IMG/VR virus record: IMGVR_UViG_2703719303_000002
Span: 1-64,000 of that record
Length of the DNA: 64,000 nucleotides
Strand: one strand, 5' to 3'
DNA from: a virus
Taxonomy: Duplodnaviria; Caudoviricetes
The position numbers were made by a program, and so were the translations under genes. The notes under the pieces are model-generated. The model had not been told where the DNA came from. It saw only the letters and a program-made list of their open reading frames with translations, and searched no databases. How positions within the stretch are numbered: the stretch's first letter is position 1; each line of letters opens with the position of its first letter. Below, in pieces: positions 1 through 9,981 of the stretch.

Positions 1-12
1 ATTAAGTATAAT

Positions 13-41
13 AAAAAAAGAGAGGTCTTTAAAACCTCTCT
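13..41 (-). terminator. Intrinsic terminator after tRNA-Leu/6S transcript
   Basis: Stem AGAGAGGT(19-26)/ACCTCTCT(34-41) followed by a T-run on the minus strand. Confidence 0.8.
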
Positions 42-53
42 CTACATTCAAAT

Positions 54-242
54 GTAAATCCAAAATACCGTTACCCCAATTTTGACACCTATCTCTACGA
101 TAGGTGGGTGTCCTCACAGATGCATCTATCTCATTCAATACCGTAAAAGGATTCACATGAAGCACATATACTCATCTAAATATTGAACTCCCTTGTTTGA
201 ACTGTAGGTTCAAAATAAGAGCTTCACAAATACTTCAGAAAA
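54..242 (-). ncRNA. ssrS: 6S RNA (boundaries approximate)
   Basis: 5' TCTGAAGTATTTGT pairs with 3' ACGGTATTTTGGA; internal TTGAACC...GGGAG and GGACACCCACCT...GGTGTCAAAA segments typical of clostridial 6S RNAs; ~190 nt; no ORF. Confidence 0.75.
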
Positions 243-252
243 TCATTTATTT

Positions 253-336
253 TGGTGCGAGAGACGGGACTTGAACCCGTACGTCAATGACACACGCCCC
301 TCAAACGTGCCTGTCTGCCGATTCCAGCACTCTCGC
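253..336 (-). tRNA. tRNA-Leu (GAG)
   Basis: GCGAGAG acceptor stem, anticodon arm CACGT-TTGAGGG-GCGTG, long variable arm, GGTTCAAGTCC T-loop, encoded CCA. Confidence 0.97.
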
Positions 337-348
337 AAAACAATATTT

Positions 349-377
349 ATTTTATATTATAATCTGCATTTTGTCAA
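349..377 (-). promoter_or_regulatory. sigmaA promoter of tRNA-Leu, overlapping the last codons of the integrase ORF
   Basis: TTGACA(377-372)-N17-TAAAAT(354-349), 12 nt upstream of the tRNA. Confidence 0.8.
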
Positions 378-2067
378 GATTATATATTTTACAAAACTCA
401 TTTAATATGCTAATCACCGAGTAGTCGCCCTCACAACTGGACTGCTCCTCTATGACAGTAAAAGTAGATTTTAGTTCTGAATGTAATTTGAAAGGAGTGT
501 TTACTCTTATATCTAATTCTAATTCCCCTGTACAAGATTGATGGACTATTATTTTATCTACTAACATTTGTAAATCTGCACTAACTAAGTCCTTTTCTTC
601 GATTATTTTATCTATTATTTCCTTGCTTTTCAATAGTCCTGCTTTTGCATTTTTACTTATTTTCTTTACCTCTTGAAAAGTATCTATTTGATTTTCTAGT
701 ATATCAATTTTTTCTTTTGTTTCTTGTGTCAACTCTTGAAACAATTCTTCATTTATAAGTTGTTTTGCTAATTGCTTTGCGTAAGCCTTAACCTCGGTTT
801 TTAAAGAAAAAATTTCTCTTTGAATCTTATCTATAGATTTATCATAATTTCTTTTTTTACTATTCCACTTTGTTATAAATTTATCTGCTCGATTTAAATT
901 TTCTTCACATGTTTCTTTTAATCTCTCTAAGAATCCACATAAGATATTATCTAATTCTTCTTCCCTTATTCTATGTGGTGTACATACTGTTTTCCCAAAT
1001 CTGTGATATGCATTACAAATATATTCAATGCGTTCTATTCCATTCCATTTTCTTTTTTTAGCAACAAATCCACTACCACAATCCTTACATATAAGAAGTC
1101 CTGCGTACTTATGTATTTTGCTATTACCTGAAGCCCTAACGTGACCTCTTGTTCTATTTTTCTTAATAGCTTTTGTTTTTTCCCAAACTTCTTCATCTAT
1201 TATAGGCGGGTAAAAATTTTCATGTATTATTTGTTCATCCTTAGGTATTAAACCCCTTGTTTTATAAATAACGCTTCTTGTCGTAGTATGACATTTAAGT
1301 GTTCCAATATAAGCTTCATTTGAAAGTATTCTTGCTATTGTTCTATCACTCCAGATATCTTGTCCGATCCACTTCTTTCCTGCGTGATATACTTTTCCAG
1401 ATTTCTGAAACTGATGCCAAGATGGTGTGTGAACTTTTTCTTCTGTTAACTGTTGTGCTATTTTTTTATACCCAAATCCACCTATATATAATGAAAAGAT
1501 TTTTTTGACAACACCTGCGCATTCTTCATCAATCTCTATTTTATTAGTCTGATTATTTTTTTCATATCCAAATGGTGGTACTATAACTAATCCCTCCTTT
1601 TGCTTTTGGTGAAACGCTGCTCTGATTTTTCTACTTATATCTTTAGCATACTGTTCATTAAGTATTTGTTTGAACCCTATTAGTATATCATTATTTTCAT
1701 CCATATTATCAAGATTTTCAGCAATAGATATAACTTTAATCTTTTTAGATCTTAATTCTTCCATAAATAAAGCAGAATAAGCTTTGTGTCTACCTATACG
1801 AGATAAATCCTTTACAAGTAAAATATCTATATTGCCATTTTCAATAACTTCTTTTAATTCATTTAAACCTTCTCTATCAAAGGTCATTCCAGAGACATTG
1901 TCGTCTTCAAATATCTTAACTAATATATACCCATTGTTCTTTGCATATGTTCTAATAATTTGCTTTTGATTTTCTAAGGATGCTTGTTCCTTATCTTCAT
2001 CTCTACTTAATCTTACGTAACCATATACCTTTTTTAAGTTTTCTTTTTTCTCTATTATTTTTTCCAT
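352..2067 (-). CDS. Large serine recombinase (prophage integrase)
   Basis: YVRLS catalytic motif, KDLSRIGR, recombinase domain (PPFGY..ILSNEAYIG), Zn ribbon CKDC..YIC..C, coiled coil. Confidence 0.95.
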   Translation of the reverse strand: MEKIIEKKENLKKVYGYVRLSRDEDKEQASLENQKQIIRTYAKNNGYILVKIFEDDNVSGMTFDREGLNELKEVIENGNIDILLVKDLSRIGRHKAYSALFMEELRSKKIKVISIAENLDNMDENNDILIGFKQILNEQYAKDISRKIRAAFHQKQKEGLVIVPPFGYEKNNQTNKIEIDEECAGVVKKIFSLYIGGFGYKKIAQQLTEEKVHTPSWHQFQKSGKVYHAGKKWIGQDIWSDRTIARILSNEAYIGTLKCHTTTRSVIYKTRGLIPKDEQIIHENFYPPIIDEEVWEKTKAIKKNRTRGHVRASGNSKIHKYAGLLICKDCGSGFVAKKRKWNGIERIEYICNAYHRFGKTVCTPHRIREEELDNILCGFLERLKETCEENLNRADKFITKWNSKKRNYDKSIDKIQREIFSLKTEVKAYAKQLAKQLINEELFQELTQETKEKIDILENQIDTFQEVKKISKNAKAGLLKSKEIIDKIIEEKDLVSADLQMLVDKIIVHQSCTGELELDIRVNTPFKLHSELKSTFTVIEEQSSCEGDYSVISILNEFCKIYNLDKMQIII

Positions 2068-2083
2068 TCTAAATTCTCCCTAT

Positions 2084-2129
2084 TATAAAAAATCATAGAG
2101 TAGTCATATAATCGTATCTACTCTATGAT
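2084..2129 (-). terminator. Perfect 12-bp inverted repeat plus T-tract between candidate RDF and integrase
   Basis: ATCATAGAGTAG(2092-2103)/CTACTCTATGAT(2118-2129) then TTTTT on the minus strand. Confidence 0.65.
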
Positions 2130-2153
2130 AAAATTGTAGTACCTTTTTTTTTA

Positions 2154-2339
2154 TTAGTCAATTAGATTATTCCTTCTTAAATATCCTAATGCTAAAGCTT
2201 TAAAAAAATCATCAGTTTTCTGCTCCTCTCCTCCTATATGAGTAAATTGAACCTTAGATATATTACTAGCTGAATTGTTTATCTTGAAAATCTCCTGTTG
2301 CTTTTCTTCATTTACTTCAATTAATTTCATCTTAAGCAT
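2154..2339 (-). CDS. Small protein, candidate recombination directionality factor
   Basis: 61 aa, overlaps sigma stop, immediately upstream of integrase; function inferred from position only. Confidence 0.45.
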   Translation of the reverse strand: MLKMKLIEVNEEKQQEIFKINNSASNISKVQFTHIGGEEQKTDDFFKALALGYLRRNNLID

Positions 2340-3015
2340 ATTCTAGTTCTCTTTTCATTTTGTTTATTATCCTTTTAACAGATTGTTGGACTGCTTGTCT
2401 TGTTATGTTATACTTTTTACCTATATCTGTAAAAGACATATCTTTTAATCTTTCTCGAATTAAATTTTGCTGGTTTTTAGGAAGATTTTCTATTAAGCTT
2501 CTTATTAATATATTATCTACAATTTCTTTTTCAAAACTTTTTCCATATTTATATTCGTAATCATCTATGGGAATATACTTATCCTTATTTAAAAAGCAAA
2601 TTAAATTTATTGCTTTTTCTTTTTCAATTCCTAATTCAGCAGAAATTTCAGTTATATCTATATCTTTGTTTTCCAATTGTTTCTCATCAAATAATTTTTT
2701 AATTCTTCTCAGATCTTTCCTTTGATATTCTGAGAGATGTATAAGTTCATTCTTTTTACAATAATTCTTCATACCTCCTTCAACACAATGCCTAGCATAT
2801 GTGGAGAACTTTACGCCTTTATTATAATCAAAGTTTTCCACAGCATTAATCATACTAATTGCACCACTTTGAACCATATCCTCTAACTCTAGAGTTCCAG
2901 AACGGTTTATATATTTTCTAGCGATACTCTTTACCAATGTCATGTATTTTTCTACTACTTTATTTCTCTCATTTATATTCAAATTTATCATCTCCGTTTT
3001 ACTCATTGAATACAT
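2332..3015 (-). CDS. Phage sigma-70 family factor (SigB/F/G-like)
   Basis: Region 2 LVKSIARKY..EDMVQSG..AVENFDYNKGVKFSTYA; region 4 HTH FTDIGKKYNITRQAV. Confidence 0.9.
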   Translation of the reverse strand: MYSMSKTEMINLNINERNKVVEKYMTLVKSIARKYINRSGTLELEDMVQSGAISMINAVENFDYNKGVKFSTYARHCVEGGMKNYCKKNELIHLSEYQRKDLRRIKKLFDEKQLENKDIDITEISAELGIEKEKAINLICFLNKDKYIPIDDYEYKYGKSFEKEIVDNILIRSLIENLPKNQQNLIRERLKDMSFTDIGKKYNITRQAVQQSVKRIINKMKRELEYA

Positions 3016-3038
3016 TTTATCATACTAAACGCTATAAG

Positions 3039-3299
3039 TCATTTTATTTTTTCTTCACATATTTTGAACCCATCCCATAATCCTGTTCTTCTTTCGCCAT
3101 CCTGCATACCGATATATTTACATGCATATATCTCTTTTATACATTTTGTAGTATCGGAAGACCAACATTTATTTTTACATATACTTGATAAATTACAGTT
3201 AGATTTATTGGCTCTTGATTTAATTAGTCTTTTATAAGGGCATCCTAAGCAAAATCGTCCTTTGGGAATATATTTTTTAAAACTCCTTTTTTTCATCAA
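3039..3299 (-). CDS. Cys-rich hypothetical phage protein
   Basis: ORF with RBS GGAG; IPKG-x-C/CPY motifs. Confidence 0.6.
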   Translation of the reverse strand: MMKKRSFKKYIPKGRFCLGCPYKRLIKSRANKSNCNLSSICKNKCWSSDTTKCIKEIYACKYIGMQDGERRTGLWDGFKICEEKIK

Positions 3300-3436
3300 T
3301 TCACTCCTTTTCTAATTGTTCTAGCTTCAAATAATTTGAATTGCGTACTATCCCATATTTTTTTACTTAACTTAACATTTATTTATTAATTCTTCCACTA
3401 CCTTATCGTTAACTATTTTTTTCTTAAAATGTTTTG

Positions 3437-4042
3437 TTAATCAAACATAGGCGATAGATCATATTTCCATCTAGTCTTCTTTTTTTCTTGATTCAAGAGA
3501 ATTCCATGTAAATTTAGCCATTCCATGGATAAGCTTTTTTTATTTTCATCTATAGCTTGCTTGACTTCTCTACAATCTACGCAATAAGTTCTATCTTTTT
3601 CAGATAAATTGAAAATAAATATTCCATTTACATTCTCTTTTTTATGATATTTTATTAGATCATTAATTTGATTAGGTTTAATAACACCATAATTGCTAAC
3701 CTTTTTAGGAATATACTTCTCTATATTTAAAAATTTAAAACTATGCATTACTTGCGCTATTTTGTACCATTGCTTTCTATTTATTTTAATTTTCTTCATT
3801 CGTTTCTTTTCCTTATATTTAGGTGCTATAGGAAAACTAGCACCTTTATGACTTTTTAGTTCAACTAAATGTAACCATTTGTTGGCAAATACAATATAAT
3901 CACATGGATTATTTATGGTGAACCTAGAACTTGTACCACCATTCCATGATGAAGCACTATCTTTTAATCTAATAACACAATATTTTTCTGGAATAGATTT
4001 TTTGAAATCTTCTTCAAATCTTTTACCTGTATTTATAGCCAC
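3437..4042 (-). CDS. recU: RecU-like Holliday junction resolvase
   Basis: GKRFEEDF, NPCDY, ELKS PD-(D/E)xK motif, IKPNQI. Confidence 0.8.
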   Translation of the reverse strand: MAINTGKRFEEDFKKSIPEKYCVIRLKDSASSWNGGTSSRFTINNPCDYIVFANKWLHLVELKSHKGASFPIAPKYKEKKRMKKIKINRKQWYKIAQVMHSFKFLNIEKYIPKKVSNYGVIKPNQINDLIKYHKKENVNGIFIFNLSEKDRTYCVDCREVKQAIDENKKSLSMEWLNLHGILLNQEKKKTRWKYDLSPMFD

Positions 4043-4147
4043 AAAATACCCTCTTTCTGTTGTATTTTTATAAAATACTTTTTTAATATATTAAGAAGTA
4101 TTCATTCAAAATATTGTTTTTACTATCTTTTTGTTAGAAGTAGTCTT

Positions 4148-4303
4148 TTAAATTTCATAATCACCTCCAACAATTTCATCTTTAATAAAGATAGGAATAA
4201 CCCAAAACAAATAGTACGTAGTTCTTTTAATTTTTTGTCTGTCTGCGTAAGAAACTCTTTTATTTATATGCCTTATAAAGTATCTTTCCTTTTTTCTAAT
4301 TAT
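4148..4303 (-). CDS. 51-aa hypothetical protein with ATA start
   Basis: Open frame IIRKKERYF...YLFWVIPIFIKDEIVGGDYEI after AAAGGAAG; overlaps dnaE stop. Confidence 0.5.
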   Translation of the reverse strand: MIRKKERYFIRHINKRVSYADRQKIKRTTYYLFWVIPIFIKDEIVGGDYEI

Positions 4304-7300
4304 TGTACACACTTCCTTTTAGTTCTTTTTTCCATTCATCTAGTAACTTTATTTCATCTATACTAAACAGCGTGTCTTTTTTCTTTCCTAAACACATAAT
4401 TTTTGTTCCTGATTTTATAAATTCCTGATAACGAGAATAAATACTACTCCATGTTACAGCTTCTATAATCTTACTTTCTTGATTTATAAGTGATACAAAA
4501 GCATATTTATTATTTTTTTTATCTACTTTATTTTCTATTGCAAAAATAGTTCCAGCTATTAAACCAATACCTTCTCCCATATCATCAAATGGTTTTAGTA
4601 TCTTCCTAAGTTCTTTAAATGGATCAACTGTTAAATACATAGACAAAGTTTCAAATTGCCAATCTTCTATACTACCTTGCATATATTTTTCTTCAAATTC
4701 TTTATAACATTTCTCATATCTTTCTTTTTCTTTTTTAATATACTTGTTCTTGTTGTATGCATTTAACCTAGCAAGGCATAAATCTTTATCTTTCCAAGTA
4801 ATTTCATCTTCAACTAAACCTAACTCAAACATTTGTTTTTTTGTTTTAAGGTTTTTTACAGGTTTATATACTGTTGGTGTATATGCTGATTTACAATATT
4901 CGTATAAAAGAGTGCTTTTATCTTTATTAAACTCATTAAAAGCTCCTGATTTTATTAATGCTATAGTAGCTCGTTTACCTATATTGCAGCGTGTTATGAA
5001 GTCATTAAATGACTGGTATGGTCTGTTATTTATAATATCTGGAATAACAGAATCTCCAACATTTTTAATCATATTTATTCCGAATAATATAGAACTTTTA
5101 CTTATTGAGAAAAAATCTATAGATTTATTTATATCTGGTTCTATAACTTTTACATTCATTTTCTTGCATTCAATTATATACTTCGCAATTTTTTCATAAT
5201 CACCTATTTCTGAATTCAATAGCGCTGTCATAAATTCAGTAGGATAATAAGTCTTTAACCATGCTGTAATATAAGAAAGTAATCCATAAGCAGTAGAGTG
5301 TCCTTTGTTGAATGAATAAGTAGCTTGTTTCAATAAAAGTTTCCATATGTCTTCTATTTGTTTATCTGCCCATCCTCTTTGCTTCAGTCCATAATGCCAT
5401 AGAATATGACCATCTTCATCTTTTACTACTTTATCTCTCAATTTTTCTTCAAGCGATTTCATGATTTCCATATCTTTTTTCCCAATGGCTCTACGTGCTA
5501 AATCCACCTCTGAATCAGGAAAATTCGCTAATCGGAATATAGATAAAGATTGCTCCTGATATAACAATACTCCATATGTGCTTTGCAATATAGATCTTAA
5601 ATCTTCATGAATTAATTTCATATTTTCTGGATGTTGTTTGTTTTCTACAAAATCAGGAAACATAGCTTTACATGCAGGTCTATTAAGAGCATTAAGTGCA
5701 ATTACATCTTCTATATTATCTGTCTGAGCATCAATATTCATTTGACGAGCTTCTGCACTTTCCATTTGGAAAACGCCTATTGTGTTGCCCTTCTTATAGA
5801 TATTTTTATAAACTTTTGGATCATTTAAATTTATTTTATTTATATCTATATCATCATAAGTTAATTTTGCTAATTTCAAAGCATCATCTATAACATCAAG
5901 AGTTTTTAAACCTAAAAAGTCCATTTTTACTAAATGTAAATCGTCTAAAACATTATGCATTTCTAGTTGAATCATTGGCTGTTTATCTTTGTTTAAGCAC
6001 AATGGAGCATAATCTATAATTGGTTTAGGGGATATGACAACTCCTGATGCATGACATCCTAAAGATTTTGGTAACCCTTCTAACTTTATAATGTATTTAA
6101 ACCATAATGGATATTTTTTAGCATAAGTTTGTAATTTTTCATTAGAATCTATTATACTTTTTAATTGCTGGTCTTCTTCTATAGCTTCTCCTGTTTCTTC
6201 ATCATATCTTGTAACTTTTGGAATCATTTTTGCAACAATGTCCCTAACTTGATATGTTAAATCAGGATAAGTATTATTTACCTGAAGAGCTTTTCCTATA
6301 TCTCTACAGGCAACTTTCGTTGAAAATGAATTGAATGTACATATCGGAGCTACTTGTGTATGAAGAATATCTTCATATTTATTAAATAATTCTTTTGAAA
6401 TGTCTATAATTTCTTTCCTTCTACGTTTTGACATATCCATATCATAATCTGCTAATGAAGTTCTACCTTTACTTGCAAATCTTGAAAAATCTAAGTTATA
6501 TCTTAAGCTATTTATTCCTGTAACCCCCATGTCAAACAATGTCAAACAATTTCCTCCTGAACCACGACTAAATCCAAGAGGTATATTTCTTTTTTTTGCT
6601 GCCTTGGTTAGCATATATAACATTACAAAATAATCTATATAATGAACATAATCTAAAACTTCATATTCTGATTTAATTCTTTCAATATGTTTTTTCAATT
6701 CATTCTTAGGAAGTTTATTTAATTTTTTTTCCTTAAATCCTTTATTAATTAAATACATATAATATTGATTAATATTTTTAAATTCTTTTGGTATGGGTAT
6801 TTCTGGCATTTGATTAGGAAGTGATAAATCTATTTTTACATTACATTCTTTTGCTATTTTTTCAGTATTACTTATAGCAAGTTCTATATCATCTTTGTCT
6901 ATTTGTTTCATCATTATTTCTTTTATTTCTTTTTCTGATTTCAAATAACAACCATCATATATTTCTCCAACCTCTCTTTTTTCATTTGTTTGAATAAATA
7001 TAGAATGGGCTTTTTGATCTTCTTTATTAATATAATGAGAATCGCTAGTCATTATATATGGTGTACCTGTTTCTTTTCCTAATCTTACAATTAATTTGTT
7101 CAGATTGGCTTGTTCTATTACATCATGATGCTGCATTTCTAAATAGAAGTTGGGAAATACTTTTTTATATTTATAAATCCATTCTTTAGCTTCATTATAT
7201 TTATCTGCTAATAATAGCCTATCTATTCTTCCAGCCATGCAAGCACTAGATATAATTAGGTCTTTTGCATAAGGCTCAATTTCTTTTATATCTAACCTAG

Positions 7301-7634
7301 GTTTTTTATAAAAGCCTTCTAAATAAGAAATGGAGGATAGTTCATAAAGTGCTTTCAACCCTTCGTTATTTTTTGCTAGAAGAATTAAATGGTATCTTGT
7401 ATCGTCTTTTATCCTTAAATTGTCTGCTTCATAAGCTTCTATTCCTAAAATAGTTTTTACTCCCTGTTTCTCTCCTTCTTTTTGAAAATTAACCATTGAG
7501 AACATATTGCCATGATTAGTTATAGCAATAGCTGAATATCCATATTCTTTTGCCTTGCTTATAATCTCTTCTGGTTTAGATATAGCATCTAATAAACTAT
7601 AGCAGTCATGGCAATGCAACTCTGCGTAAGACAT
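4296..7634 (-). CDS. dnaE: DNA polymerase III alpha subunit
   Basis: PHP domain (LHCHDCYSLLDA, AITNHG), RGSG, DYDMD, HASGVVI, KMDFLGL, YSFNKGH, C-terminal OB fold. Confidence 0.97.
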   Translation of the reverse strand: MSYAELHCHDCYSLLDAISKPEEIISKAKEYGYSAIAITNHGNMFSMVNFQKEGEKQGVKTILGIEAYEADNLRIKDDTRYHLILLAKNNEGLKALYELSSISYLEGFYKKPRLDIKEIEPYAKDLIISSACMAGRIDRLLLADKYNEAKEWIYKYKKVFPNFYLEMQHHDVIEQANLNKLIVRLGKETGTPYIMTSDSHYINKEDQKAHSIFIQTNEKREVGEIYDGCYLKSEKEIKEIMMKQIDKDDIELAISNTEKIAKECNVKIDLSLPNQMPEIPIPKEFKNINQYYMYLINKGFKEKKLNKLPKNELKKHIERIKSEYEVLDYVHYIDYFVMLYMLTKAAKKRNIPLGFSRGSGGNCLTLFDMGVTGINSLRYNLDFSRFASKGRTSLADYDMDMSKRRRKEIIDISKELFNKYEDILHTQVAPICTFNSFSTKVACRDIGKALQVNNTYPDLTYQVRDIVAKMIPKVTRYDEETGEAIEEDQQLKSIIDSNEKLQTYAKKYPLWFKYIIKLEGLPKSLGCHASGVVISPKPIIDYAPLCLNKDKQPMIQLEMHNVLDDLHLVKMDFLGLKTLDVIDDALKLAKLTYDDIDINKINLNDPKVYKNIYKKGNTIGVFQMESAEARQMNIDAQTDNIEDVIALNALNRPACKAMFPDFVENKQHPENMKLIHEDLRSILQSTYGVLLYQEQSLSIFRLANFPDSEVDLARRAIGKKDMEIMKSLEEKLRDKVVKDEDGHILWHYGLKQRGWADKQIEDIWKLLLKQATYSFNKGHSTAYGLLSYITAWLKTYYPTEFMTALLNSEIGDYEKIAKYIIECKKMNVKVIEPDINKSIDFFSISKSSILFGINMIKNVGDSVIPDIINNRPYQSFNDFITRCNIGKRATIALIKSGAFNEFNKDKSTLLYEYCKSAYTPTVYKPVKNLKTKKQMFELGLVEDEITWKDKDLCLARLNAYNKNKYIKKEKERYEKCYKEFEEKYMQGSIEDWQFETLSMYLTVDPFKELRKILKPFDDMGEGIGLIAGTIFAIENKVDKKNNKYAFVSLINQESKIIEAVTWSSIYSRYQEFIKSGTKIMCLGKKKDTLFSIDEIKLLDEWKKELKGSVYNN

Positions 7635-7931
7635 AAATTTATCATCTTCCTTTCAATATACTAAATGTCACAAGTCCTAATCATTTTTAGTGCAACATGT
7701 TTTATTCTTTAGTCTAATCTTCTTTTCATCAACAGTTATAAAATTTACTATCTGTTATAGTAAAATAACAAATTCCATCAAAATAAGTATGCTTTTCTTT
7801 TATTGTATCTACTATCTGACAATCACTCATTGACACACCACTCCTTGATTTAAAATCTATCTATCCTTTTATATACATTCTCATCTTCTGTATAAAGTAG
7901 ATATCGAGGGTACTCTTTCTTAGTTCCTTTT

Positions 7932-8876
7932 TTACACAGCTATTTGTTTATTATTCCATTCCTCTAAAACCTGTTTGAAAATACTTTCTAGTATCGTTAC
8001 TGGAATACTATTTCCTGCCTGCTTATATAAATCTCTTCGACTATTCACTTTTGCGGCTGCTTCAAAATCTTCTTCTGAAAAGCCTTGTAATAACCAACAC
8101 TCCTTTTCGGTTAGAAAACGATATTTTCCATTTCCTAGACTGATAACTTGAGCAGGACACCTATCTTGTCGAGTTGTTATTGTATAGCAATAATCTTTTA
8201 TTATTGTGGCTCTACTGACACCTTTTTTACCTATGGCTCTCAGAATACTAGGTTGGGTAACAGTATAGTACTCATCAACATTAGTTTGTAAAAAAGATGA
8301 TAAAGGTCTTAGTTTCCTATGCTCCAATTTATCAAAATCAAATTTTTTACCATCTAAACAGCTAATCGTAAAAACTCTTTCCCTACGCTGAGGCAGTCCA
8401 AAATCCATAGCATTTAGTATTTCATAGTTATTGGTATATCCCATTTTTTTCATTTCTTCTAAATACTTATCAAAGTTATGTTTCATGTGCTTTGATAGCA
8501 CATTTTTTACATTTTCCCATACTACAACTCGAGGTTTCCAAATACCCATTTGTTTAATTATGCTGATAGTCTCCCACATAAGACTTGACCTTGTCTCACT
8601 ACCTTGCTCTGCTCCCTTTTGATACCCTGCTATTGAAAAATCTTGGCAAGGACTTCCATGTATCAAAACATCTGGTTTGAGATTATATCCAATGACATTT
8701 TGCGTTTTATACATTAAATCCTTTTTAAACATTTCATTATAAGTTTTTACTGGCTTTGGATCTATCTCTACGTAATCAATAGCCTTTATGTCTATTCCAA
8801 TATTTTTAAATGCTTTTCTTGGTGCGCCTATTCCTCCGAATAGCTCTAACGTTTTTATTATAATATTTTCCTCCAA
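7932..8876 (-). CDS. Orphan DNA (cytosine-5) methyltransferase
   Basis: Motifs LFGGIG, GSPCQ, ENV, QRRERVF, QAGNS. Confidence 0.95.
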   Translation of the reverse strand: MEENIIIKTLELFGGIGAPRKAFKNIGIDIKAIDYVEIDPKPVKTYNEMFKKDLMYKTQNVIGYNLKPDVLIHGSPCQDFSIAGYQKGAEQGSETRSSLMWETISIIKQMGIWKPRVVVWENVKNVLSKHMKHNFDKYLEEMKKMGYTNNYEILNAMDFGLPQRRERVFTISCLDGKKFDFDKLEHRKLRPLSSFLQTNVDEYYTVTQPSILRAIGKKGVSRATIIKDYCYTITTRQDRCPAQVISLGNGKYRFLTEKECWLLQGFSEEDFEAAAKVNSRRDLYKQAGNSIPVTILESIFKQVLEEWNNKQIAV

Positions 8877-8985
8877 TCTTCATGTAAATTCTATTTTTTA
8901 TCTTTAATCCCATATTGACAAGATGGATCAGATGGTGGTCTTGATGCTTTTTCCTTCTCTATTGTAATTTTCTCTTTAACTTCCT

Positions 8986-9204
8986 CTATGGTTTTACAGC
9001 AATCATTACAACAATAAGTGAAAAAATATCTTTGTATTTATCAGATATACTTCTATATAAACTCCTCTGCACTTTACATAAATCCTCTATCTCAAAGCCT
9101 TGTTCTTTTTTAAATTCTTTATGACAAAATCTACATTCTTTCCAGAAGAAAGGTTTAATTATTTTAATATTAGGATATGTTGTTACTTTTTTATCTCGTT
9201 TCAT
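8986..9204 (-). CDS. Hypothetical protein (CxxC)
   Basis: ORF coupled to upstream gene; ECRFC. Confidence 0.5.
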   Translation of the reverse strand: MKRDKKVTTYPNIKIIKPFFWKECRFCHKEFKKEQGFEIEDLCKVQRSLYRSISDKYKDIFSLIVVMIAVKP

Positions 9205-9464
9205 TTCAATCTTCCTTCAAACTCTAGCGATATACTACAATAGTTTTCATTTGATAAATACTTATTTTTTATATCTATAAATTTATCCCATATTTCAGCC
9301 TCAATTGTTATATAACCATTATCATTAATGTGTTCTGTTGCTTTAGTAATTACTCCAATTGGATAATCTTTAGTTCCTTTTTTGATAATTGGTTTACCTA
9401 TATAATTTTCTAATTTTACCTTATGTTCCTTTTTTGTAATAAATTTAATATGCAAAATTTTCAC
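9201..9464 (-). CDS. Hypothetical protein
   Basis: ORF in operon orientation. Confidence 0.6.
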   Translation of the reverse strand: MKILHIKFITKKEHKVKLENYIGKPIIKKGTKDYPIGVITKATEHINDNGYITIEAEIWDKFIDIKNKYLSNENYCSISLEFEGRLK

Positions 9465-9486
9465 CTCACATTTTAAATTAGATTGA

Positions 9487-9903
9487 CTAACAACTCATAT
9501 CATAAACAAGCGTATTGTTTTGAATATCAAATTCTAATAAAGGTTTTATTTGTTCTATTGTCTTTTTTATCTCTTTTTGAATCAAATCTATATTTTCTAT
9601 AACATCTCCATTTCTCATACAATAGAAATCGTCTTTGTTTATATTGTATTTTTCATATCCCTTATTTAATAATTCATTACAAAAATTATAAAAATTATAG
9701 ATATCTTCTTTTATTAAAAGAAATTCATCCCTAAAAGAAAATTTTGCATTTTTCTTAAACCAATCATTTATCCAATAATGTTTTCTCCAATAGCATAACT
9801 CTTCTTCCTTAGAGCATCCTTCTTTATTAATATAATCTTGATATTCTTCATTTGTTTTTAATTTTATATTTTTAAATTTATATATACTGATATCCATTCC
9901 CAT
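9487..9903 (-). CDS. Conserved-type phage hypothetical protein
   Basis: MGMD..EELCYWRKHYWINDWF pattern common in phage proteins. Confidence 0.7.
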   Translation of the reverse strand: MGMDISIYKFKNIKLKTNEEYQDYINKEGCSKEEELCYWRKHYWINDWFKKNAKFSFRDEFLLIKEDIYNFYNFCNELLNKGYEKYNINKDDFYCMRNGDVIENIDLIQKEIKKTIEQIKPLLEFDIQNNTLVYDMSC

Positions 9904-9981
9904 AAAATTCGACCTTTCATTGATTTTATTTTACAATTATTTATAAAATCTTAGTTTTATATACTAAATGTCATAAGTTGT

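Noticed and set aside
253-336. tRNA-Leu as the integration target
   Set aside because: The prophage lies 5' of an intact tRNA with its promoter; no duplicated tRNA 3' end in the window; the adjacent integrase is serine-type
4296-7634. Intein or intron in dnaE or nrdD
   Set aside because: Both ORFs are continuous and of normal length, with no intein splice or LAGLIDADG motifs seen
7932-8876. Methyltransferase as part of an RM system
   Set aside because: No adjacent endonuclease-like gene; orphan MTases are typical of SPbeta-like phages
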